64,000 bases of DNA from a virus. The first letter of the stretch is position 1; each line of letters opens with the position of its first letter. Shown piece after piece: positions 18,366 through 27,433 of this stretch. The position numbers were made by a program, and so were the translations under genes. The notes under the pieces were generated by a model that worked only from the letters and a program-made list of their open reading frames with translations, made no database searches and was not told the DNA's origin. The stretch is from IMG/VR virus record IMGVR_UViG_3300033555_000005, positions 1,366-65,365 of that record, one strand, 5' to 3'.

Positions 18366-18971
18366 TCAGACCGAGTACTCGAGGAAGAGCGTGAAGCTCA
18401 TGCTCTTCGGGGTGTTGGGTGCAGCGCTGACAGCGCTGACGACGATCTGCAGACGATCGAGGTCAGCCAGCGCGAGCTTCTCGTTCAGCATCGTGCTGGT
18501 GTTCGTCGTCGTCACGTTGACGTTGCCGAGGCCGGCGACGGTCTGGCCGTTTCGCTGCACGTTGACGGTGACGCTTGTGCCGCTGCGGATGCCGTGCCGA
18601 ACGCCGACCAGCGTGACCGTCTGGCCTGGAGGCGCTGCGACGAAGAACGGCGGGATGAAGCCGGTGTCGTCGATAGCTACGAGCACGTCGGGCGCGGCGA
18701 CGAAGGTGTGCGGGATGCGCACGACCTTCGGTGGGTTGACCGACACCCAGTCCGTGCCGGTGCTCCAGCTGAACAGTCCGGTCTGCGGGTTGCGGTACAG
18801 CGTGCCGCGGTTGTCAACAGACGCCGCGAGTCGATCACCGAGCTGCACGTCGGAGAACAACGTGTTGACCTCTGCACTGCGGTCTGCCAGCCGTCGTAGG
18901 TCCACGGGGACGTCGTCGGGGTCGGTTGTGGTCGGGAAGGGGTAGCCGCCTCGTGCGGTGCTGCCGGGCAT
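18366..18971 (-). CDS. tail fibre-associated protein
   Basis: GYPFPTTTDPDDVPVDLRRLA N-terminus typical of actinophage minor tail proteins. Confidence 0.65.
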   Translation of the reverse strand: MPGSTARGGYPFPTTTDPDDVPVDLRRLADRSAEVNTLFSDVQLGDRLAASVDNRGTLYRNPQTGLFSWSTGTDWVSVNPPKVVRIPHTFVAAPDVLVAIDDTGFIPPFFVAAPPGQTVTLVGVRHGIRSGTSVTVNVQRNGQTVAGLGNVNVTTTNTSTMLNEKLALADLDRLQIVVSAVSAAPNTPKSMSFTLFLEYSV

Positions 18972-18980
18972 GTTGCTCTC

Positions 18981-21900
18981 CTACTTCCTCGTGCTGACGA
19001 TGAACGTGTCCCAGCGGGGCTGCGTCCGGGCCTCGCTGGTGCGTACCCGCATGCCTGCGTACAGGCTGCCCGTCAGTGGCGCTGTGTCCGTGAGAGTCAG
19101 CACCTCGGCCGCGCTGTTGCGGCTCGCGCCGACGCGCGTGACACCCAGCTCGGTCTCGACTCGAAGCGTCCAGCTGTCTCCAGCGACAGCGACCCCTGCG
19201 GCAGTGCTGGCCATCACGGAGCGCACGTTGGCGACGCGGCGGGTCAGTCTCACCGTGCCGTTCGGCTCGACCTCGAGCGCGTAGTGGCTGGTGCCGTCAG
19301 CGGAGCTGCGCGCGACGATCTGCCACGTCGCGACCAGAGGCAGCCGGCGGAAGCTCGAGGTGACGTGCATGCTCGGGCTGTTGACGAGCTGCAGTGCGAG
19401 GTCAGCGTCGCCAGCGGTGTCGCTGTACGCCTGGGCGTTGCTGATGCCCCAGACACCGCGAACGATAAGCCACTCGCTGCCGAGACTCGCGCGGCCGAGG
19501 GACGTCAAGCTGTTCGCTCGGTCGAAGTCGTCGCGAACACGCATGATCGCAGTGCCGAGAGGCTGGTCGTCGCGCGTTGTGTCGATGTAGGTCGGGTAGA
19601 GCGCCTGGCGCGCGGCGTAGGTGTCTGGTGTCGTCTCGCTCTGCACCACCGAGTAGGTCTCGAGGTCGGACTCGACGGTGACGGCGTCGACGAGCGACAA
19701 GTTCTCGTTGCTGACCCAGTAGACGTTCAGCTCTCGTCCGACCGCGTAGTCGTTGATCAGCAGGTTGTACCTCAAGCCGACCATCTTGTTGAGCTTGTCG
19801 ACGTTGAATCGCAACGTGAGGTCGTTGTTGACCGCGTTGGAGAAGGCGTTCCACCTCGACGCAAGACTGCGGTTGACGGGCACCGTGGCAGTCCACCGTG
19901 TGCGCATGCGCGCGCCGACTGTGATCAGGGGAGAGTCGTCGGGGTCGAGGTCAGTGCCGTGCGAAGCGCGAGGGCTGTCGACGACAGCTTGCGCGAACAG
20001 CAGCTTGTACTGCGCCGGGTGAGGGATGAAGTCCTGGACCAACTCGTTGAGTCGTGAGACGCGAGAGCTGCGGCGCTCGTAGTAGTGCGTCGGGCTGCGG
20101 TGCGGCACGCCTTGCCACACGTACTCGCTCTGCAGTGACGGCGTTGCGCCGTCGAACTGGCGGGCCACGATCATGAGGCACTGCAGCATCGTTGCGTTGC
20201 GCCAGAGAAGGTTTGTGGTGCTCGAGCGGATGACGAGCTGGATGCGGTCGTAGTTCGCCTGGTCCGGCACGGTGTGCTCGTAGCGCACGGTCTGCAGGCC
20301 GCTGCCAATCTGCTTCGGCTCACCGAACTCGTAGCCGATGAAAGCGTTGCCGTCGAACTTCGCGACGCCGACTTCGACGGTCTGGAAGCCCATCGTGTTG
20401 ACGGTGGCCATGTCGACGAGCAACGACCACGGCTGCCGTGGCTCAACGAGACGAGTTTCTGCCTCGTACGTCGCGATGTAGGGCGGCAACACCGGCTTGG
20501 CGTTGTCGCTTCCTGCGACGTCGCCGGCGTAGGTGACAGTGAGAGCGTCGATGAGAGCGACCGCGGTCTGCGACGACTGCACGACTGACTCGAAGGTCAG
20601 CCCACCGAAGCCGAGAGGGGCAGCGACGTTCTTGCTCCATCCTTCGGCCGAGCTGCCGAAGCCTGACGTGTTGCCGACGTAGTTGACGAGGTTCGCGGCG
20701 AGAAACAGCCGGACTTCGCGCGCCGGTGCCCACGGGCGAAGGACGTAGTCCTCCTGGATCTGCAGCGCGCAAGCTCGCACAGTCGCGCCCGCGGTGAGCC
20801 CGTTCAGCACTAGGTGGTACTCGAGGTAGCGGGCTGTCGGAGGAGCCAGTGCGGTGTGAGCTGGGCGTGCTGTCCAGCTGTCGACGACGTTGGTCGGGTC
20901 ACCGACGTTGACCGCACCGACGACGTTGCCTTCGACGTTGAGCCAACGCAGCCCTACTGCAGCCGTGACACCAGGCGCGGTCGTGCGCACGTACTGGCTG
21001 ACCATGTAGGGCAAGTTCGGGATGACCGGCGACGCGTACTGCAGGCGTTCACGGCTGTTGGGAGTTACCGGCGCAGGGCGCACCTCACAGACCCCTGCAG
21101 CTGTCGCGGTGATGACGACTGCGCCTTCCCCACCGGGGCCTCGGTTCGCCGGCACGAAGCCCTCGTACGAAGTGGTGCAGTTGGTGCGACCTGTCCATCG
21201 CCCGACGCCGCCATCCGGTCCGGCGTCGAGGCGGTCGAGCGCGAGGTTGTGCCCGAGTCGTACGGCACTGTCCCAGCCGGTGAAGACGGTAGCCAGCTCG
21301 CGGACGCCAGCGAGAGTGCCGCGTACGCCCCACAGGCGCAGGGCGCTCGCTGTCATGCGCCTCATGAGCCGGTCGCCCAGCTCAGGCTCGTAGTCGACAC
21401 CGAGCTGCTGCGCCAGCGCCGGCAGCAGGGTGCTCGACAGCTCGCGGGGGTTGTTCACCCGACGAAGGCTTTCCAGCTCGGTGCGCGCGTGGTCGAGCTG
21501 GAAGCCGAACGCTGACAGGAAGCGGTAGAGGAAGGTCTGCTCTTCATCGTCCCGAAGGTCGCCGACTGCGTTGTACTCCGGGGCCTTGAAGACGTCAGGC
21601 AGCCGCCGGTACATCCGCTGCGTCATGCCGTGGTCGCTCGTGGCCAGCACCTCGGCTACGCCAGTGCGTCGCCACAGCGCCGTCGCGACGTCTCGCACGA
21701 ACAGGCCGTAGTAGTAGTGCGTCCCGCCGACAGGAGGGCTGACGGGGTCCTCAGAGCCGTACCGCCCAGTGCCGAATACCGAGAGGTCGTACAGCGCTGT
21801 CTGGCTGCCCGCGGCGAGCACGACCTTGTCGCTGTCGGTGTAGCTCGTCGCTGCGAGGGCGGTCGGTTGATCGAGCAGCGCTTCGCCGTCGTTCTCGTCG

Positions 21901-22091
21901 ATAGGGTTGCCGACAAGGTTGCGGACGAGCCGCTGCGCAGTCCAGACCCCACCAGGCCGAGTCCACGTCACGCTGATGCGGCCGTAGTCCGTGGCGCGAG
22001 CTTGGAACTCGGACGCGACGAACTCGGACTCAAGGTTGCCGCTGTAGAGCGCGGTGCCGTAGAGCCGCTGGCCGTACCGGGTTGACGCCAT
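18981..22091 (-). CDS. baseplate wedge protein (P2 gpI-like domain) with carbohydrate-binding-like extensions
   Basis: 1036 aa; LLPALAQQLGV...ALRLWGVRGTLAGVRELATVFTG gpI-like motif. Confidence 0.78.
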   Translation of the reverse strand: MASTRYGQRLYGTALYSGNLESEFVASEFQARATDYGRISVTWTRPGGVWTAQRLVRNLVGNPIDENDGEALLDQPTALAATSYTDSDKVVLAAGSQTALYDLSVFGTGRYGSEDPVSPPVGGTHYYYGLFVRDVATALWRRTGVAEVLATSDHGMTQRMYRRLPDVFKAPEYNAVGDLRDDEEQTFLYRFLSAFGFQLDHARTELESLRRVNNPRELSSTLLPALAQQLGVDYEPELGDRLMRRMTASALRLWGVRGTLAGVRELATVFTGWDSAVRLGHNLALDRLDAGPDGGVGRWTGRTNCTTSYEGFVPANRGPGGEGAVVITATAAGVCEVRPAPVTPNSRERLQYASPVIPNLPYMVSQYVRTTAPGVTAAVGLRWLNVEGNVVGAVNVGDPTNVVDSWTARPAHTALAPPTARYLEYHLVLNGLTAGATVRACALQIQEDYVLRPWAPAREVRLFLAANLVNYVGNTSGFGSSAEGWSKNVAAPLGFGGLTFESVVQSSQTAVALIDALTVTYAGDVAGSDNAKPVLPPYIATYEAETRLVEPRQPWSLLVDMATVNTMGFQTVEVGVAKFDGNAFIGYEFGEPKQIGSGLQTVRYEHTVPDQANYDRIQLVIRSSTTNLLWRNATMLQCLMIVARQFDGATPSLQSEYVWQGVPHRSPTHYYERRSSRVSRLNELVQDFIPHPAQYKLLFAQAVVDSPRASHGTDLDPDDSPLITVGARMRTRWTATVPVNRSLASRWNAFSNAVNNDLTLRFNVDKLNKMVGLRYNLLINDYAVGRELNVYWVSNENLSLVDAVTVESDLETYSVVQSETTPDTYAARQALYPTYIDTTRDDQPLGTAIMRVRDDFDRANSLTSLGRASLGSEWLIVRGVWGISNAQAYSDTAGDADLALQLVNSPSMHVTSSFRRLPLVATWQIVARSSADGTSHYALEVEPNGTVRLTRRVANVRSVMASTAAGVAVAGDSWTLRVETELGVTRVGASRNSAAEVLTLTDTAPLTGSLYAGMRVRTSEARTQPRWDTFIVSTRK

Positions 22092-22094
22092 GCG

Positions 22095-22790
22095 CTAGCC
22101 GGGGAGGTGCGTGTAGTCGGCGCGGAGCGGCGTGCTCGCGGTGTCCCCACGCAAGCTCACCGCGGTGCCCTGGCTCTGCTTGACCGCGAGCGTCACGTAG
22201 CTCGTCGGGTCGACCGGCAGGCGGCCGAGCCAGCTCAAGCTGATGGTCTGGTCTTCGCCGCCGAACGCGAGTCGCTCGTCCATCGCGAGGACGCTGCCGG
22301 CAGCTGTGAAGAACGCCAGCCCTCGCAAGCCGACTGCGGTAGCGACTGACTCGAAGGTGACCGTTGCGGTCAAGCTCCAGATGCCAGGAGAGGGCGCGAC
22401 GCTGTAGAACCGACCCAAGCCGCCGTCGTACATCGACAACGCAGTGCCGTAGTCGTTCAAGCTGACGACGGTGTCGGGCAAGGTCAGAGCCTGGAAGTTC
22501 GCCGAGCTGCTGTAGAGCACCGAGCTGGTGCGGTTGACAGTGACGGCTGCCCGCTTGAGCCGGTTCTCCAGCGTCGCGACACGCGGGATGACGTTGGCCT
22601 CGAACAGCGCCAGTCGGCTACCGACATCGGTTGCGGGGAAGGTCTCTGACGTCGCTGGGTTGCGGCCGAGAGCCTGCTGGATGGCAACGACCTCCTCCTG
22701 CAGGTCGTTGATGTCCTGCGCGGCGTTGATGTCGACGCGGTCGACGCGCGCGACGAAGGCTCTCGTCGAGTTGGGGTAGCTGGCGACCAT
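22095..22790 (-). CDS. minor tail/baseplate-associated protein
   Basis: AQDINDLQEEVVAIQQALGRNP coiled segment plus beta-domain; synteny. Confidence 0.6.
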   Translation of the reverse strand: MVASYPNSTRAFVARVDRVDINAAQDINDLQEEVVAIQQALGRNPATSETFPATDVGSRLALFEANVIPRVATLENRLKRAAVTVNRTSSVLYSSSANFQALTLPDTVVSLNDYGTALSMYDGGLGRFYSVAPSPGIWSLTATVTFESVATAVGLRGLAFFTAAGSVLAMDERLAFGGEDQTISLSWLGRLPVDPTSYVTLAVKQSQGTAVSLRGDTASTPLRADYTHLPG

Positions 22791-22799
22791 GAGGCTCTC

Positions 22800-24734
22800 C
22801 TACTCGCAGACGTACGGGGTCGTGGCGAAGGCGCTGGCCACCGGGCCGGTGTTGCCGTTGAAGGCCAGCGTGCGGAACGCCAGCACCTGCGCGACGCCGC
22901 CTCCGATGCGAGGAAGGTCGAAGGACGCCTCGCCGAAGCTGAAGGGGCCGAGCACAGTCTTGCGCGAGACCACTCCTGCGGTGGTTCGGTACTCGACCTC
23001 CACGTCCCAGTAGGTGGTGTTCGCTCCAGGCGACCACGTCAGCTCGACGTGAGTGCTGTTCGGGTCGCAGCGCAGCAGACGGAGCTGTGGCTGCGTGCTC
23101 GCGGTCGGGGTAGCTGCAGCACCGGCTGCCCCGGCGCTGTTCACGACGCCGCCCTCGGCAGTCAGCGCGAAGGTGCCGATGATCGGCAGCTCGTTGTCGG
23201 CAAGCGAGACGTCAGCCGCACCAACAGCACCGCTGGTACGGGCCATGCGGCTGATGCTGACGTTGATCACACCCTGCACGCGGATGGCGGTGGCGTAGAC
23301 CGTCGACAGCGCAACACGCTCGCCGAAGCCGACGTTGTCGAAGGCAAGGACACCCTGCAGCGCGCTGTTGACAGCCTGCCGCACCGTCTCCTGGCTGAAG
23401 CGGCTGTCGACGATGACGTTCAGCGAGATGTCGATGGGGACGTACGTCGGAGTCGCGGCGACCACAGTCACACCGGCCATCTTGCGTGGCAGCAGGTAGT
23501 CGATGACGGCGTTCAGCGTCTGCTGTGAGGGCTGGTCGCCGCCGGGCGGCGCGAGGTAGAGCGTGACGTTGGTGTAGACGCGCGCCACTGCCTTGGCCTT
23601 CGCGATCTGCACGCCAGGCACGGTCACGGCGAGCACCTCGTAGTCGCGCAGCGACACGGCGCGGCCGTTCGTGCGCCGGGCGCGGGGGGCGTTCGCTCGG
23701 ATGCTCTCAAGCGACTCGCTGTCCGTGCCACCGCGGGCAGGCTGCAGGTTGACGGCGACCAGCTCAGTCGGCGCGAGCTGGTCGCTCTCGCCGAGAGGCG
23801 TGCCGGTCGGGCTGGTGTACCTGATGTCCTCAGGGTCGACAACCTCGGTGAGGGTGCCGTCCGGCACGTTGCCCTCGGAGCCGCCGCCGACGCGGTAGCG
23901 GGCGTGCAGCACGGATCCGCGAGGGGCGATGCGTCCGTTGACGCCGTCGCCCATGGTGATGGTGACGGCGTCCTCGGCGTCGATGGTGAGCTGGTAGGCG
24001 TTGTCGAGCGGGCCGGCGTCGAGCAGGTTGCCGACGCGGAACCAGACCTGGCCGGCGTCGCCGGGTCGCTCGACGACGCGGATGACGACGCTGCCCGAGA
24101 TGACCGGAGCCTGCGCCAGCGTGTAGCTCGCGTTCGGGTCGGCACAGAGCGTCGCGATGACCTCGTCGAGGACAGTCTCGCCCTGCTGCGCGATGACGGT
24201 GATGCTCGTGCGGGCCGGCAGGACGCCGCCGTTCGCGTCACGCGCGGTGCTTGCTGCGAACGTGATCGGGACGGTGGTCTCGAAGACGACCGGTGCGTTG
24301 TCGCGAGAGAGGTTCGGGGCGCTGCCGCTGCCGGGCTCAGAAGCGCTGCTCTCCTGCGGAGCGGTTGACAGCTTGAAGCCAGCCGGGATGGTGACGTTGA
24401 GGTTCGACGTCGTGACCGACATCGTGACGGGCACCACCGAGCCGGTGGCGCTCTGCGGCGTGTAGTCGAGCACCGCGGCGTGGTTCAGCACCGACTGCCG
24501 CTGCGTCGCGGTCTGCAGGAACGCCTCGTTGGCGACGCGGTCGGTGTAGTAGCTGAGGACGTCGCCCTCGTAGGCGAACATCTCGGCCAGCACGACGCCG
24601 AGGTCGTTCGGGTCACCTGTCGCCGCGCTGCGCCACTCCGGGGCGCGCTCAGCTGCGAAGGTGAGCAGGCTCTCGCGGAAGCCTGCGAAGTCCCTGGAGG
24701 TGTAGTCGATGGCCGGCAGTCCGGTCGTCGTCAC
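22800..24734 (-). CDS. baseplate J/gp47-family wedge protein
   Basis: IDYTSRDFAGFRESL, DLGVVLAEMFAY, ANEAFLQTATQRQSV, GGTDSESLESIRANAP, RAVSLRDYE. Confidence 0.92.
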   Translation of the reverse strand: MTTTGLPAIDYTSRDFAGFRESLLTFAAERAPEWRSAATGDPNDLGVVLAEMFAYEGDVLSYYTDRVANEAFLQTATQRQSVLNHAAVLDYTPQSATGSVVPVTMSVTTSNLNVTIPAGFKLSTAPQESSASEPGSGSAPNLSRDNAPVVFETTVPITFAASTARDANGGVLPARTSITVIAQQGETVLDEVIATLCADPNASYTLAQAPVISGSVVIRVVERPGDAGQVWFRVGNLLDAGPLDNAYQLTIDAEDAVTITMGDGVNGRIAPRGSVLHARYRVGGGSEGNVPDGTLTEVVDPEDIRYTSPTGTPLGESDQLAPTELVAVNLQPARGGTDSESLESIRANAPRARRTNGRAVSLRDYEVLAVTVPGVQIAKAKAVARVYTNVTLYLAPPGGDQPSQQTLNAVIDYLLPRKMAGVTVVAATPTYVPIDISLNVIVDSRFSQETVRQAVNSALQGVLAFDNVGFGERVALSTVYATAIRVQGVINVSISRMARTSGAVGAADVSLADNELPIIGTFALTAEGGVVNSAGAAGAAATPTASTQPQLRLLRCDPNSTHVELTWSPGANTTYWDVEVEYRTTAGVVSRKTVLGPFSFGEASFDLPRIGGGVAQVLAFRTLAFNGNTGPVASAFATTPYVCE

Positions 24735-25108
24735 TCGCCACCACCCAGTGTGATCGTCGTGGAGCGCGTGACTCCTTCTCCTGCCCCTACAGCCAGCGCG
24801 AACTCTACGGTCAGGCGCAGCGCCGACTGCTCAGAGTCGACGTCGGCTCCCAGACTCACCAGGCGCGCAGTGCGGACGTAGGTCTCGACGCGCTCCTGAA
24901 CTCGCGTGACGAGCAGCGCGGCCGTCACTTCGTCGAGCGGCTCGAAGACCGTCTCTCGGATGGGGCTGCCGAAGTCGGGGCGCATGACCCGCTCTCCAGG
25001 CTGCGTCAGCAGGAAGCTCGTGAGGTGCTGGCGGCCAACCACCTCGGGCACCGACGTCGTGGCGATGCGTCCGAAGTTGTCGACGCCGAAGGGCAGCTTG
25101 AGGTCCAT
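24731..25108 (-). CDS. baseplate gpW/gp25-family protein
   Basis: LLTQPGERVMRPDFGSPI. Confidence 0.92.
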   Translation of the reverse strand: MDLKLPFGVDNFGRIATTSVPEVVGRQHLTSFLLTQPGERVMRPDFGSPIRETVFEPLDEVTAALLVTRVQERVETYVRTARLVSLGADVDSEQSALRLTVEFALAVGAGEGVTRSTTITLGGGE

Positions 25109-25111
25109 CAG

Positions 25112-25525
25112 GTCACATCCCGATCTTCTGCAGAGTCCGACGCTGCCGCATGGCGTCCCGGTTGCACGCCCGGCAGTGCCGCGCGCCTGACTTCTTGACG
25201 TGCGTGTTCGTCTCGTCGTACTCGTGGCCGGCAGGGCAGTGCGTCACCGCGGCCGCGCGCCTGCGCTGGTTCTCGAGGTGGGTCACAGGTTCGCAGTGTT
25301 CAGGGCGTACGCAGCTCGTTCGTCGACAGAGGTGATCTAGCTCAAGACCCTCGGGCACCGGACCGTGCACGGCTTCCCAGAAGTGGACGTGCGCCCCCTT
25401 CTTCACGCCGTCGACCATGAACTGTCCGTAGCCCTTGACGAGGGTGCGCTGCCAGACCCAGCACCCAGTCGTCTCGTCGACGATGTACTGCTGCTCGCTC
25501 TTCGGCTTCACGTCACATCCCGATC
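25112..25525. repeat. 14-bp direct repeat flanking HNH cassette
   Basis: GTCACATCCCGATC at 25112-25125 and 25512-25525, exactly 400 bp apart. Confidence 0.9.
25113..25511 (-). CDS. HNH homing endonuclease (free-standing)
   Basis: GCWVWQ...KGYG, AHVHFWE, LDHLCRRTSCVRPEH, CPAGHEY...CRAC. Confidence 0.92.
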   Translation of the reverse strand: MKPKSEQQYIVDETTGCWVWQRTLVKGYGQFMVDGVKKGAHVHFWEAVHGPVPEGLELDHLCRRTSCVRPEHCEPVTHLENQRRRAAAVTHCPAGHEYDETNTHVKKSGARHCRACNRDAMRQRRTLQKIGM

Positions 25526-25863
25526 CAGGTTCCGAGCCAAACCGGCTTGGTGGGGCTGCCGTTCTCGAACATGACCCAGACGGGGTCTCCGCGCTTCGGG
25601 ATCCGCAGGGTGATCTTCTCGGTCTTGCCCGTGACAGGGAGGTTGTGCGAGTCCCCCCGGCTGTCAGCACCGTTCGCGGTCGTCTGCACGAGCTTCGGCT
25701 GCTGCGTCAGGTACGGGAAGCAGGGCAGCGCCCAGTCGAAGGCAGCCCCGCCGTTCACCGTCGGCACCGTGATCTGCAGTCGGCCGCGCTTCTCAGGGTC
25801 CGCGGTGCCGTGCACCTTGCCGCGGTACAGACCGAAGAGCTGCACCTCGTCTTCGCCGGTCAC
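25513..25863 (-). CDS. baseplate spike gpV-like protein (OB-fold only)
   Basis: LYRGKV...DPEKRGRLQITVP...WALPC...PKRGDPVWVMFENGSPTKPVWLG; only 116 aa. Confidence 0.85.
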   Translation of the reverse strand: MTGEDEVQLFGLYRGKVHGTADPEKRGRLQITVPTVNGGAAFDWALPCFPYLTQQPKLVQTTANGADSRGDSHNLPVTGKTEKITLRIPKRGDPVWVMFENGSPTKPVWLGTWIGM

Positions 25864-27137
25864 CGACGCGCCTTCGACACCTGGGCGGTCCAGCGGTCAA
25901 GCCGCGGAGCCTCGAGCCGGCGCTTGTTCATGACGCGCTCGGGACGGCCGGGTGGCTGCTCGATGGGTGAGCAGTCGTCGTCAGGGTTGAAGATCGTGGG
26001 CACCTCAGGATCGTTGCTCGTGTCGTCCCGGTCCGGGTCCAGAGCTGGCTCTTCCGCCACCGGCTCTCCGGTCACGGGGTCGACAGAGACGACAGGCACC
26101 TGCAGCACGCTGTCTCGGCCCAGCTCGAGGTGACAGCGGTACGTCGTCGGCCGGCCGGGCCGCTGTCCTTCGAGATGGTGCTCGACAGAACCGGTCCACC
26201 AGCGACCGGTGGCTTCGTCGACGGCTTCGGTGAAGGCGACAGTCTGCCCGCAGCGCAGCCGCGAGAAGCCGGACACCACAGCGCTCGCTGTCACGAAGAA
26301 GCGGTTCATGCCGTTGAGACCAGAGATGGTCTCGTTGGCGTCGGCGATGCTTGTCGCAACTTCCTTCGTGATGAACTCGGTGAAGACGGGCGCGTCGCCC
26401 TTGTCGCGGGGGTTCTCTCGGAACGTCGACTTGAAGGGACGTCCGTTGTCGTCTACCCCACGCACTAGGCGCTTCATGTTGCTGGCGAGCGGTGATGCGC
26501 CGGTGCGCTGCATGAACTCGAACAGCGTGCCTCGCGTCGGTCCGTAGCCCTGCGCGAAGCGGAACGTCGGCACGGGCACGCCGGGACGCACCTCGAGCAG
26601 TCGGCGCTTGAACTGCAGCTCGGTGCGTCGTGCGCTGAAGGTGAAGCCGATGTCCTTGGCCAACCGCACGCAGACGTTCCAGTCGGTGCGTCCGAGCTGC
26701 GGGATGTGACGGTGGAAGCGGGTGCTGGGGTCGTTGCGCATCGTGAAGCGGTGCTCGCTGCCGATGCGCCTGATGAGGGGCACGACGTTCAGCCTCAGGA
26801 AGCTGCGCATGCGCGGCTTGTTCAGCCGGTAGCTCGCACCGACGAGGTACACCTCGAGCCGCGCGGCTTGGCCCTTGCGCTTCTGGATGAGCTTCGAGCT
26901 GTGCACGTATCCGTAGAACGTCTCGATGTCACGCGGCAACCACCCCCACCGCACGACGACAGGCTGACCGCGTCGGTAGCGCCGGCGGCCGATGCCCGAG
27001 TCGCGGTAGGTGAGCAGCACGGTGTCGTGCTGGTACTCCTTCTGCCGCACGAGCGCAGCCGTCGGCTGCTGGTAGGTCAGCTTCTGCGCGCGCTGGAAGT
27101 CGACCATCAAGTAGGGCCGGTCGAGAGTGCGCACCAT
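25860..27137 (-). CDS. baseplate hub protein (gpD/gp27-like)
   Basis: position between LysM/gpX and gpV; QLGRTDWNVCVRLAKDIGF, LRCGQTV...WWTGSVEHHL. Confidence 0.8.
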   Translation of the reverse strand: MVRTLDRPYLMVDFQRAQKLTYQQPTAALVRQKEYQHDTVLLTYRDSGIGRRRYRRGQPVVVRWGWLPRDIETFYGYVHSSKLIQKRKGQAARLEVYLVGASYRLNKPRMRSFLRLNVVPLIRRIGSEHRFTMRNDPSTRFHRHIPQLGRTDWNVCVRLAKDIGFTFSARRTELQFKRRLLEVRPGVPVPTFRFAQGYGPTRGTLFEFMQRTGASPLASNMKRLVRGVDDNGRPFKSTFRENPRDKGDAPVFTEFITKEVATSIADANETISGLNGMNRFFVTASAVVSGFSRLRCGQTVAFTEAVDEATGRWWTGSVEHHLEGQRPGRPTTYRCHLELGRDSVLQVPVVSVDPVTGEPVAEEPALDPDRDDTSNDPEVPTIFNPDDDCSPIEQPPGRPERVMNKRRLEAPRLDRWTAQVSKARR

Positions 27138-27433
27138 CAGAGATCGACCGCCAGCACAGGGATGCGCAGAAGCTGGCCAGGCACCAGATCGTCTGGGTAG
27201 CCGAGGAGCACGTCAAGGTTGGCGTCCGCGATGCGCCACCAGAACTCGCTGTCGCCGTACGCCCGGTCAGCCAGGCGGTCAAGCGAGTCTCCCTCGACGA
27301 CTAGGTGCATCGTGAAGTCGTCGATGATCGGATCGCCGAGCGCAGGCTGAATGGTGACGCGGAAGACCCCGTCGCTGGCAGCGACAGGAGCTAGCCGGCT
27401 TCCGGCGTAACGGCTTTCGTCGTAGACGGGCAT
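27137..27433 (-). CDS. LysM/gpX-like baseplate protein
   Basis: VVEGDSLDRLADRAYGDSEFWWRIADAN...GQLLRIP. Confidence 0.88.
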   Translation of the reverse strand: MPVYDESRYAGSRLAPVAASDGVFRVTIQPALGDPIIDDFTMHLVVEGDSLDRLADRAYGDSEFWWRIADANLDVLLGYPDDLVPGQLLRIPVLAVDL

